Positions 1 to 7,787 of a stretch of DNA of 19,305 nt are shown piece by piece. The position numbers and the translations under genes were made by a program. The DNA is from Myxococcales bacterium (GTDB taxonomy: Bacteria > Myxococcota > Myxococcia > Myxococcales > Anaeromyxobacteraceae): positions 1 through 19,305 of the forward strand of contig JBBQEB010000066.1 of the NCBI GenBank assembly GCA_038320275.1, read 5' to 3'. The notes beneath the pieces were generated by a model that searched no databases, was not told where the DNA came from, and saw nothing but the letters and a program-made list of their open reading frames with translations. Positions within the stretch are counted from its first letter, which is position 1; every line of letters starts with the position of its first letter.

Positions 1-697
1 CCCGAGCTTTGTCAAAGGCGAGCCGCTCCAGCGCGGGGCGCAGCGCCCTGAAGGCCGCGCCGCGGTGCGAGAGCCGGTCCTTCTCCGCGGGCTCGAGCTC
101 CGCCATGGTGCGCGCAGGCGTGACGCCGTCCGGCAGGAACAGCGGGTCGTAGCCGAACCCACCCGAACCGCGGCGCGTCTGGGCGACGCTGCCGCGGCAG
201 GTCCCCTCGACCGCGGTGGCGATCGAGCCGTCCGGGCGCGCCAGTGCCAGCACGGCCACGTACGCGCCGCCGCGCCCGCCCTCCCCCACGCTCTCCAGGG
301 ACCGCAGGAGCTTGTCGTTGTTCGCCTCGTCGCGGGCGGCGCGAGAGAGCTCCACTCCCAGCTCGCGTGCGGCCACCTCGGGGAGCGTACAGGCAGGGCT
401 CGCGAGGCTGGCGCCTCCACCCATCTCGGACCAGCGCGCCGAGTGGACCCCGGGGGCACCGCCCAGCGCGTCCACGCACAGCCCGGAGTCGTCCGCGACC
501 GCGTGGAGGCCCGCGACGCGCGCGAAGGCGGACGCCTTCTTCTCGGCGTTCTCCCGGAAGGTGGCTCCGTCCTCCACCACCTCCGGAAGCGGCCAGCCCA
601 GATCCTCGGGCCCGACGACCTCCACCTGCAGACCCGAGACCATCCGCCGGAGCTCGCGCAGCTTGCCGGGGTTCGTCGAGCCGAAGAAGAGCTTCAT
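1..697 (-). CDS. rdgB: Non-canonical purine NTP pyrophosphatase (RdgB/HAM1 family), 3' end beyond the window edge
   Basis: Manual translation from ATG 697: MKLFFGSTNPGKLRE...EDGATFRENAEKKA...ADDSGLCVDALGGAPGVHSARW...GFGYDPLF...EKDRLSHRGAA. All HAM1 motifs are present. There is no stop before position 1, so it is absent from the ORF track. It starts 3 nt after the rph stop. Confidence 0.96.
   Translation of the reverse strand, partial: MKLFFGSTNPGKLRELRRMVSGLQVEVVGPEDLGWPLPEVVEDGATFRENAEKKASAFARVAGLHAVADDSGLCVDALGGAPGVHSARWSEMGGGASLASPACTLPEVAARELGVELSRAARDEANNDKLLRSLESVGEGGRGGAYVAVLALARPDGSIATAVEGTCRGSVAQTRRGSGGFGYDPLFLPDGVTPARTMAELEPAEKDRLSHRGAAFRALRPALERLAFDKAR
10..15 (-). promoter_or_regulatory. 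Possible sigma70 -35 hexamer (TTGACA) inside the rdgB 3' end
   Basis: Plus-strand tgtcaa at 10-15 reads TTGACA on the minus strand, a perfect consensus in GC-rich DNA. A matching -10 would lie outside the window. Confidence 0.3.
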
Positions 698-700
698 CGT

Positions 701-1423
701 TCAGCCCCGGATCGCGAGCGCCCGCTCCTGCGCCGCGTGCAGCGCAGCGATCCCAGCCAGCGCGGCGTCGAGCATCCGGTCGAGCTGCTCGCGGCCGAAG
801 GCCTTTCCTTCCGCGGTGCCCTGCACCTCCACCAGGTCGCCACCCGCCGTCGCGACAACGTTCATGTCCACGTCGGCGGTGGAGTCCTCCGCGTAGTCGA
901 GGTCGAGGAGCACCTCGCCCCGGAGCACGCCCACCGAGATCGCGGCCACCGGCCGCTTCACCGGCTGGGCGGACACGCCCTTCCGGCCCTTGAGAGAGCG
1001 GATGGCGAGCGACATGGCCACGAAGCCGCCGGTGATGGCCGCGGTGCGCGTGCCGCCGTCCGCCTGGATGACGTCGCAGTCCACCGTCACGGTGCGCTGG
1101 CCGAGCTCCCGCAGGTCGACCGAGGCGCGCAGCGCTCGGCCCACCAGGCGCTGGATCTCGAGCGTGCGGCCGCCCTGCTTCCCCTTCGCCGCCTCGCGGG
1201 CCATGCGCTCGTGGGTGGAGCGCGGCAGCATCCCGTACTCCGACGTGATCCAGCCCGCTCCGGTGCCCAGGACGTGCGGGGGGACGCGATCCTCCACCGA
1301 GGCCGTGCACAGGACGTGCGTGTCGCCGAAGCGCGCCAGGCAGGAACCTTCCGCGTGCTTCGAGACGCCCGCCTCCAGCGCGATGGGCCTGAGGTCGAGC
1401 GCTCCGCGTCCGTTCGTTCGCAT
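701..1423 (-). CDS. rph: Ribonuclease PH
   Basis: 240 aa with [56 protein letters not shown] and DMNVV motifs; classic rph-rdgB pair. Confidence 0.98.
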   Translation of the reverse strand: MRTNGRGALDLRPIALEAGVSKHAEGSCLARFGDTHVLCTASVEDRVPPHVLGTGAGWITSEYGMLPRSTHERMAREAAKGKQGGRTLEIQRLVGRALRASVDLRELGQRTVTVDCDVIQADGGTRTAAITGGFVAMSLAIRSLKGRKGVSAQPVKRPVAAISVGVLRGEVLLDLDYAEDSTADVDMNVVATAGGDLVEVQGTAEGKAFGREQLDRMLDAALAGIAALHAAQERALAIRG

Positions 1424-1432
1424 CGCCCAAGC

Positions 1433-2212
1433 CTAGCGTGCGCCCGACCGCCATGCCGCCACTCCGTCCGCCACCGCGCGCGCCACCTGCTCCTGGTATG
1501 CGGCGCTCGCGAGCTTGCGTGCCTCGGAGGGGGAGGAGAGGAAGCCGACCTCCACGAGCACCGCCGGCATGCGCGCCCCGGCCAGCACGTAGAAGGGTGC
1601 CTGCTTGACCCCGCGGTCCTCCGCGCCGAGGCTCCCCACCAGGCTATCGTGGATCGCGTAGGCGAGGCGCGAGCTTTCCTGAAGCGCGTCCGTGTCGGCG
1701 AGGTCCTGCAGGATGCCGGACACGGCGTCCCGGGGGTCGGGCCCGCTCTCGCCCGCCAGCCGATCGGCGTTCTCGCGTGCCGCCACCGCGGTAGCGGAGG
1801 CGTCGCTCGCGTCGGCGGAGAGGAAGTAGGTCTCCACCCCGCGGGCGCGCGCCGGGCCGGGCATGGCGTTGAGGTGGATCGAGATGAAGAGGTCCGCGTG
1901 AGCGGCGTTGGCGCGGGCAGCCCGGGCAGCAAGCGCGACCCCCTCGTCGCCGCGGCGGGTGAGGAGGACGCGGGCGCGCTGGCGGGTGAGGCGCCCGGCG
2001 ATCCTGCGCGCGATCTGGAGCGCCAGATCCTTCTCGCGCATGCCCCCCGCGCCCACCGCGCCGTCCTTGTCGCCACCGTGCCCGGGGTCGAGCACGACGG
2101 TGAATGCTGGCTCGTTCCCCCGCGCCGGCGTCGCTGCCGCCGTTCCCAGAAACCTCGGCCCTGGCAGGAGGAGGAGCGCGACGGCCGCGAGCGCCCGGAG
2201 CGGCGCCCTCAC
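1433..2212 (-). CDS. N-acetylmuramoyl-L-alanine amidase (Amidase_3, AmiA/AmiC-like) with signal peptide
   Basis: C-terminal part of ORF 1433..3217. The likely start is GTG 2212, overlapping the selD stop (GTGA). Hydrophobic signal RALAAVALLLL, then VVLDPGHGG, EKDLAL, FISIHLNA, GVETYF and MPAVLVEVGF Zn-amidase motifs; about 259 aa. Confidence 0.92.
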   Translation of the reverse strand: MRAPLRALAAVALLLLPGPRFLGTAAATPARGNEPAFTVVLDPGHGGDKDGAVGAGGMREKDLALQIARRIAGRLTRQRARVLLTRRGDEGVALAARAARANAAHADLFISIHLNAMPGPARARGVETYFLSADASDASATAVAARENADRLAGESGPDPRDAVSGILQDLADTDALQESSRLAYAIHDSLVGSLGAEDRGVKQAPFYVLAGARMPAVLVEVGFLSSPSEARKLASAAYQEQVARAVADGVAAWRSGAR

Positions 2213-3267
2213 CCTGCCACGACCTCGATGCGCGCCGCGCCGGCCTCCACTACCTCGCCCACCCTCACCGCACGCACCCCCCTCGACGCGAGCGCGGCCT
2301 GGAGCTCCTCGGCGCGATCGGCGGGGACAGCGGCGAGCAGCCCTCCGTTGGTCTGGGCGTCGGCGAGCACGAAACGGGTGGCCTGGTCCACCCCGGGATC
2401 GTAGCGCACGTGCGGCGCCACCCAGGCGAGGTTCGCCCTCGAACCGCCCGGAACCACGTCGTCGAGGGCCAGCGCGTGCACGCCCTCCAGCACCGGCACC
2501 GCCGCGGCGTGGAGACGCAGCGTGACGCCGGAGCCTTCCGCCATCTCGAGGGCATGGCCGAGCAGGCCGAAGCCGGTCACGTCGGTGAGGGCGTGGACGG
2601 CGCCGCTGGCGGCCAGCACCTCCCCGGCGGCGCGGTTGAGCGCGCTCATCACGGCCACCACGCGGTCCACGAGCTCCGGCGACGCGGTGCCCCGCTTGAT
2701 CGCCGTGGTCGCGATCCCGGAGCCGAGGGGCTTCGTGAGGAGGAGCGCGTCGCCAGGCCGCGCGCCCACGTTCCGGAGCACCTTCAGGGGATGGACGATG
2801 CCGGTGACGGCCAGGCCGTACTTGGGCTCGGGGTCGTCGATGCTGTGCCCGCCCAGGATGGGCGCGCCCACCTCGGCGGCCACCTCGGCGCCCCCCCGCA
2901 GGATCTCGCCCAGCACGTCCATCGAGAGCTTGCCCACCGGGAAGGCCACCAGGTTGAGCGCGAAGAGCGGCCGCGCGCCCATGGCCCAGATGTCGGAGAA
3001 CGCGTTGGCAGCCGCGATGCGGCCGAACAGGAACGGGTCGTCGACCACGGGCGTGAAGAAGTCCACCGTCTCGACGATCGCCTGCTCCTCCGAGAGCTGA
3101 TAGACGGCGGCGTCGTCGCGCGTGTCGTGTCCGACGAGCACGCGCGGGTCGGGCGCATGGGGTGGAAGGCGGCGCAGAACCTGCGCCAGATCCGCCGGGC
3201 GGATCTTGCAGGCTCAACCGGCCCCATGGCTGAAGGTGGTCAGCCGCACCTGGTCTGAGCCGGACAT
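2209..3267 (-). CDS. selD: Selenide, water dikinase (selenophosphate synthetase), selenocysteine-containing (UGA at codon 18)
   Basis: From ATG 3267: MSGSDQVRLTTFSHGAG-UGA-ACKIRPADLAQVLRRLPPHAPDPRVLVGHDTRDDAAVY..., continuing in frame into ORF 2209..3141 (TVDFFTPVVDDP, AAANAFSDIWAMG, GGHSIDDPEPKYGL, TDVTGFGLLGH, DAQTNGGLL). The TGA at 3216-3214 aligns with the catalytic Cys17 of E. coli SelD (HGAGCGCK). Confidence 0.96.
3179..3213 (-). promoter_or_regulatory. Bacterial SECIS-like hairpin immediately 3' of the selD UGA
   Basis: mRNA after UGA: GCCUGC-A-AGAUCCGC-CCG-GCGGAUCU-GGC-GCAGGU. This gives a perfect 8-bp upper stem and a lower stem GCCUGC/GCAGGU. Confidence 0.75.
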
Positions 3268-3355
3268 GCCCGGGGAGGTAGCCGCCGCCGGGCGCCGCGG
3301 CAAGCGACCCGGAGCTCGGCGGCCAACTGTCCGACGAGGAGCGACGCGGGGCCGG

Positions 3356-4081
3356 TCAGCCGCCCTGCGCCGGCGTGGCCGCGGCCAGCTTGAGATATCG
3401 CTCTGCGCTGCGGTTGCCGGGCGAGAGCTCGAGCACCGCGTTCCACTGCGCGATGGCCTCTTCGGCCCGGCCGGCGGCGAGCAGCGAGAGGCCCAGCGAG
3501 ATCCGCGCCGGGAGGAAGCCGGGATTCCTCCGCACGATCTCCTCGAACTCCGCGATGGCGCCCTCGCGGTCGCCGGCGTCGCGGTGCGCGCCCGCGAGCT
3601 TTGCCCGGATGTCGACGAAGGTCGGGCAGAGCTGGAGCGCGCGCTGGTACTCGCGAATCGCCTCGACGTATCTCCCCGCGGCGAGCCAGACGTCGGCCAC
3701 GTCGGAGTACATGTTGGCGAGCTTCCCCTGCACGGAGCGGTCGAGCTCGCCGGGAGCGGCGCGCGCGCCTCCGAGCGCCTGGCGATACACCTCGCGGGCC
3801 TCGTCGTACTTGCCGGTGTCGTTGTAGATGATGGCCAGGTTCAACGCTGCGTCGGTGTACGCCGGATTGAGGCGCAGCGCGGCCTCGAGCGCCCGCTGCG
3901 CTTTCGCGTACTGTCCCCCGTCGTGATAGATGACGCCGAGCATGTTGTAGACGTCGGCGAAGGACTGGTTCTGCTCGACCACCTGCGTGAGCTGCTCCTC
4001 CGCTCGCGCGTACTCGCGGCGCAGGTAGAAGGCTCGCCCCAGCGTGAGCGCCTGCTTGAGGTTCTCGTCCAGCTCGGTCAT
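3356..4081 (-). CDS. Tetratricopeptide repeat protein (no signal peptide)
   Basis: 241 aa with repeated TPR patterns (ADVYNMLGVIYHDGGQYAKAQRALEAALRLNP; TDAALNLAIIYNDTGKYDEA; ARISLGLSLLAAGRAEEAIAQWNAVLELSP). Confidence 0.9.
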   Translation of the reverse strand: MTELDENLKQALTLGRAFYLRREYARAEEQLTQVVEQNQSFADVYNMLGVIYHDGGQYAKAQRALEAALRLNPAYTDAALNLAIIYNDTGKYDEAREVYRQALGGARAAPGELDRSVQGKLANMYSDVADVWLAAGRYVEAIREYQRALQLCPTFVDIRAKLAGAHRDAGDREGAIAEFEEIVRRNPGFLPARISLGLSLLAAGRAEEAIAQWNAVLELSPGNRSAERYLKLAAATPAQGG

Positions 4082-4147
4082 GCCGGGAAGTGTACCTCAG
4101 CCCGAGAGGGATGGACTGCTCGGCCCGGCTGCGGGCGGTCTCCGCTC

Positions 4148-4831
4148 TCAGGCCCCGCTGGCAAACACCCAGCGCTCACTCTCCCGGACGAGCTTCGACA
4201 CCCGGCGCTCCCGGACCGGCGGGGCGCTTCCTCTTCTGACCTCGACGTCCTCTCCCACCTCCGCCCCGTCCCGCTCCACGCGCACCTGCCACCCGAGCAC
4301 GCGTGCCCGCGCGGGGCTCGCGCTCTCCGCGCGCAGCCGCGCGACCGCAGCTTCCCGGCCCTCCGGACCGCCCGCGTAGCCCGACCCCAGGAGGCGCTCG
4401 AAGGCAGCCGCGTCCCCACGCTGTCGCGCGTCGTGCCGGCGGAAGAGTGGCAGGAGCACGCCGCGGAGCCGGTCGAACTGGTCGCCCTCGCCGCACCAGC
4501 CCGCGATCGCGCACCGCTTCATGTGGAAGCGCTCGCGGCCCACGTAGGCGAGGCTCGCCTGCTGGTCGCGCCAGACCACCCGCCCTTCCGCCTCCAGCAT
4601 GGCGACCACGGTGGCGCGCGCGCCTTCCACGACAGGCGACACGTCGGAGAAATGCACCGGCACGAGCTCCACCGTGCCGCCCCCCTTGAAGCCATAGACG
4701 TCGTCGAGCTGGGCGCGATCCTGCCGGTCCAGGGCCTCGCGCACCTGCGTCTCGGGGCTCCGCAGGGACGGCGCGCAGGATGCGAGGCGGCCCCCGAAGG
4801 CCCAGACGAGGAACAGCGCCGCGAGCGCCAT
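4148..4831 (-). CDS. Hypothetical exported or membrane-anchored protein, possibly NTF2/SnoaL-like domains
   Basis: The frame of ORF 4148..4963 has protein-like composition from ATG 4831 (MALAALFLVWAFGGRLASC...). The C-terminal KLVRESERWVF resembles NTF2-like ends. The start is uncertain (TTG 4963 is an alternative). Confidence 0.65.
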   Translation of the reverse strand: MALAALFLVWAFGGRLASCAPSLRSPETQVREALDRQDRAQLDDVYGFKGGGTVELVPVHFSDVSPVVEGARATVVAMLEAEGRVVWRDQQASLAYVGRERFHMKRCAIAGWCGEGDQFDRLRGVLLPLFRRHDARQRGDAAAFERLLGSGYAGGPEGREAAVARLRAESASPARARVLGWQVRVERDGAEVGEDVEVRRGSAPPVRERRVSKLVRESERWVFASGA

Positions 4832-4946
4832 GCCGCCGGGGACGAGGTACGGAGCCCCGGCTCGGTGAGAGCGGTCGGCCTTTCCGCCCGCGCCGATGCG
4901 CGAGAGGTCGCCCTGCGAGGTGCGCGTGCGGCCCCGCTCGCCGAAC

Positions 4947-5723
4947 CTACCGGAGCGAGGCAAGGAGCTTCTCGGCGGCCGCGCGCCGCGCGTCCTGCGG
5001 GTGCTTCACGAGGAGTTGCTGGAGCGCCTGCTGCGCGCGGTAGCGCTCGTCCATCTTCAGATAGGCCTGCGCGAGCCCGTACAGTGCGGCGGGCTCCTGA
5101 CGCGAGCCCGGGTAGTCCCGCACGAGCCCCTCCAGCCGGGACGCCGCACCGGCCCAGTGCCCGCGCTTGGCGTAGAAGTCGGCTGCATACCACTCGTGCT
5201 CCGCGAGCTGTCCGCGGGCCGACGCCAGAGCCTTCTCCGCTTCCGGCCGGTGCTTCGACTGCGGGTAGTTCTTGACGAACTCGGCGAGCGCCTTCGCGGC
5301 CTCGCGCACCTGCGTCAGATCCTTCTCGTATCCGGGAGGAAAGAGGAAGAAGTCGCTGGGCGCGTCCTTCCAGCGCGAGAGGCCGACCCGGTAGGCGGCG
5401 TAGTCGGCCTGCTCGTGGTTCGGGTGGAGCCGGACGAATTGCGCGTACGCGTCCGCCGCCTCCGTGAGCCGGTCCTGCTCGAACTTCACGTCGGCGAGCC
5501 GCAGGTCGGAGAGGGCGGAGTACTTGGAGAACGGGTACTTCGTCCGCACGTGCTCGAAGAACCTGGTGGCTTCGGGAAAGTTGCGGGCCTTCAGCTCCAC
5601 GTTCCCGGACAGGAAGTCCTCTTCGGCGCTCTTCCCATACCTGGCGTCCCCTCCGGTGAGAGAGCCACGGCTCGTCGAGCAGGCGGCGAGAAGCAGGGAG
5701 AGAGCGGCGAAGCGGCGGAGCAT
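4947..5723 (-). CDS. bamD: Outer membrane protein assembly factor BamD (ComL/YfiO lipoprotein)
   Basis: From ATG 5723: MLRRFAALSLLLAAC lipobox; YPFSKYSALSDLRLADVKF, FVRLHPNHEQADYAAYRVG, LAEHEWYAADFYAKRGHWAGAASR, typical BamD TPRs. Confidence 0.92.
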   Translation of the reverse strand: MLRRFAALSLLLAACSTSRGSLTGGDARYGKSAEEDFLSGNVELKARNFPEATRFFEHVRTKYPFSKYSALSDLRLADVKFEQDRLTEAADAYAQFVRLHPNHEQADYAAYRVGLSRWKDAPSDFFLFPPGYEKDLTQVREAAKALAEFVKNYPQSKHRPEAEKALASARGQLAEHEWYAADFYAKRGHWAGAASRLEGLVRDYPGSRQEPAALYGLAQAYLKMDERYRAQQALQQLLVKHPQDARRAAAEKLLASLR

Positions 5724-5777
5724 GGGCGGAGCGGGAGGATAGTCCAAACCGCGGCGGGACGCAGCAGGCGCGAAGGA

Positions 5778-5860
5778 TCGACCGCGACCGCGACCTTCAC
5801 TGTGACCTCGACCACGACTGCGACCGCGATCCCCGACCTCGACTGCGACCTCGACCTCGA
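5778..5860. repeat. Degenerate hexamer tandem repeat (consensus NCGACC), about 13-14 units
   Basis: tcgacc gcgacc gcgacc ttcact gtgacc tcgacc acgact gcgacc gcgatc (c) ccgacc tcgact gcgacc tcgacc, in the recX-bamD intergenic space. Confidence 0.85.
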
Positions 5861-5885
5861 AGGAGACCGCGGCCGCTTCCTCGGC

Positions 5886-6440
5886 TCACTCCTCGAGCTC
5901 CTCCATCCGCCCGACCACCCTCGCGACCACCTCTCCTCCGAACCCCCTCACAAGGAGGAAGCGCGAGAGCCTGGCTCGCCCCTTCGCGTCGCTGGGCAGC
6001 TTCCCGCCGCGCAGCTTCTTCGCCAGCGCGACACGGCAGAGGGTCACCTCGGCCGGCTCGCGCTCGCCCCGGCGCGGGACCTCGGCGGCGCGCTCCTCGA
6101 GCGCGGCGATCACTGCCTGAGCCGCTGCCGCGCTGGGGATACCCTCCGACACCAGCCGCCGCTCCGCCGCGCGAGGGCCAGCCCTCCCCCCGTCGAGCAG
6201 CGCCCTCGCCCTCGCCCGGGCATAGGCGACGTCGTCGAGGTAACCCAGCCGCCCCGCCCAGCGCAGCACCTCCTCCGCCTCGGCCTCGAAGCCGGCGCGG
6301 ACGAGGCGGGCGCGGAGCTGCACCTCGGTCCGCGCATGGAACGCGAGCACCCGCAGGGCGAGGGCGCGCGCACGCTCGAGCGGCGACTCCTCGGTGGAGG
6401 GACTGGCCGATCCCGCGTTTCGCGTCGCGCGCCGCGGCAC
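5886..6440 (-). CDS. recX: Regulatory protein RecX
   Basis: The likely start is GTG 6440, 2 nt after the pilT stop. ALALRVLAFHARTEVQLRARL, GYLDDVAYA, GPRAAERRLVSEGI and RLSRFLLVRGF match the RecX three-helix-bundle repeats. Confidence 0.85.
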   Translation of the reverse strand: MPRRATRNAGSASPSTEESPLERARALALRVLAFHARTEVQLRARLVRAGFEAEAEEVLRWAGRLGYLDDVAYARARARALLDGGRAGPRAAERRLVSEGIPSAAAAQAVIAALEERAAEVPRRGEREPAEVTLCRVALAKKLRGGKLPSDAKGRARLSRFLLVRGFGGEVVARVVGRMEELEE

Positions 6441-6442
6441 GG

Positions 6443-7654
6443 TCAGAAGCGCTCGATCTGGAACTCGTCCTCGGGCGCGGGCCGTGCGGGCGCAGGCGCC
6501 GCGACCACCGCCGGGGCTTGCCTGCTGGAAGCTTCTCGCGCAGCGCCCGGCTTCTCGAACCCGTCCCACCGCGCGTCACTGGTGCCCGACACACCGGAGA
6601 CGCGCAGCGCGAAGTCGTCCGGGTTGGTGGCCTGGCGCAGCGCCTCCTCGTAGGTGACCCAGCCGGCGCGCAGCAGGCTCATGAGGCTCTGGTCGAACGT
6701 CTGCATGCCGTAGGTGGTATGTCCCTGCGCGATGGCCTCGGGGATGAGCTTGGTTCGATCCTTGTCCTCGATGAGCTCCCGCACCCGCGCCGTGACGAGC
6801 ATCACCTCGGTGGCCGGCACGCGGCCCTTGCCATCCGCTCGCGGGACCAGCCGCTGCGACACCACCCCGCGGAGCACCGACCCGAGCTGCACCCGCACCT
6901 GCTTCTGCTGGTAGGGAGGAAAGGCCGAAATGATCCGGTTGATCGTCTCGGTGGCGTCGAGCGTGTGAAGCGTCGAGAGCACGAGGTGACCCGTCTCCGC
7001 CGCGGTGAGCGCGGTCTCGATGGTCTCGAGGTCGCGCATCTCGCCCACCAGGATCACGTCGGGGTCCTGGCGAAGCGCGCTCTTCAGCGCCTGCCCGAAG
7101 CTCATCGTGTCGACGCCCACCTCGCGCTGGTTCACCAGGGACCGCTTGTCGCGGATGAGGAACTCGATGGGATCCTCGATGGTGATGATGTGGCGCGTCT
7201 CGTGCGTGTTCACGTGGTCGATCATCGCCGCCAGCGGGGTCGACTTGCCCGACCCGGTGGTGCCGGTGACGAGCATGAGGCCGCGCTGCTCGGAGGCGAG
7301 CTCCTCGACCACCTTGGGCAGCATGAGCCCCTCGATGGACTGGATCCTGAACGGGATGACGCGGAACACGGCGCCCGTCGAGCCGCGCTGCTGGAAGACG
7401 TTCACCCGGAACCGGCCGAGCCCGGGCACGCCGTAAGCGAGGTCCACCTCGTTGGTCTGACGGAACTTCTCGCGCTGGAACTCGCTCAGGACGCCGAATG
7501 CCATCCGCGTCACCTCCTCGGCGGGGAGGCGGGGCGCGTCCTTCAGGGCGAGGAGCTTGCCGTCCACCCGCAGCATCGGCGGCAGCCCCGCCTTGAGGTG
7601 GATGTCGCTCGCGCTCGCGCGCAGGGCGACCTGCAGGATCTCGTTGAGCTCCAT
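6443..7654 (-). CDS. pilT: Type IV pilus twitching-motility ATPase, PilT/PilU family paralog
   Basis: 403 aa with ASDIHLKAG, RFRVNVFQQRG, Walker A GTTGSGKS, TIEDPIEF, ALRQDPDVILVGEMRD, AAETGHLVLSTLHT and GMQTFDQSL. It has RVRELIED in place of AIRNLIRE and is not in a pil cluster. Confidence 0.92.
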   Translation of the reverse strand: MELNEILQVALRASASDIHLKAGLPPMLRVDGKLLALKDAPRLPAEEVTRMAFGVLSEFQREKFRQTNEVDLAYGVPGLGRFRVNVFQQRGSTGAVFRVIPFRIQSIEGLMLPKVVEELASEQRGLMLVTGTTGSGKSTPLAAMIDHVNTHETRHIITIEDPIEFLIRDKRSLVNQREVGVDTMSFGQALKSALRQDPDVILVGEMRDLETIETALTAAETGHLVLSTLHTLDATETINRIISAFPPYQQKQVRVQLGSVLRGVVSQRLVPRADGKGRVPATEVMLVTARVRELIEDKDRTKLIPEAIAQGHTTYGMQTFDQSLMSLLRAGWVTYEEALRQATNPDDFALRVSGVSGTSDARWDGFEKPGAAREASSRQAPAVVAAPAPARPAPEDEFQIERF

Positions 7655-7714
7655 CCGGTCGAGCGTAGCACCCGCAATCGAGTGGTGCGAGCGGTGGAGG
7701 GCCCGGAAACGCGC

Positions 7715-7742
7715 GCGGCCCGCCGCGTGTGCGACGGGCCGC
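7715..7742 (-). terminator. GC-rich hairpin downstream of rpsI, putative intrinsic terminator or stabiliser
   Basis: Minus-strand RNA GCGGCCCGUCGC-ACAC-GCGGCGGGCCGC forms a 12-bp stem (one G-U) with a 4-nt loop. The U tract is weak (GCGCGUUUCC). Confidence 0.55.
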
Positions 7743-7787
7743 TGGAATGTCGGTGCCGGTGGGCTGCGGCCCCCCCGGGAGGAAGCG

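Noticed and set aside
12..2404. Long ORFs 12..1454 (-) and 65..2404 (+)
   Set aside because: Shadow frames of rdgB, rph and the amidase, caused by stop-codon scarcity in high-GC DNA; no recognisable motifs.
1433..3217. 594-aa ORF as a large amidase fusion
   Set aside because: The first ~335 aa are Arg/Gly/Pro-rich off-frame translation overlapping selD. The amidase signal peptide begins at GTG 2212.
2209..3267. selD as a pseudogene with a premature stop
   Set aside because: The TGA sits exactly at the catalytic Cys/Sec position, is followed by a hairpin, and the rest of the gene is intact, so recoding explains it better.
5778..5860. Repeat tract as a CRISPR array or a Thr/Ala-rich mini-protein
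   Set aside because: The units are 6 nt with no spacers, no cas genes are present, the phase slips, and there is no credible start or RBS.
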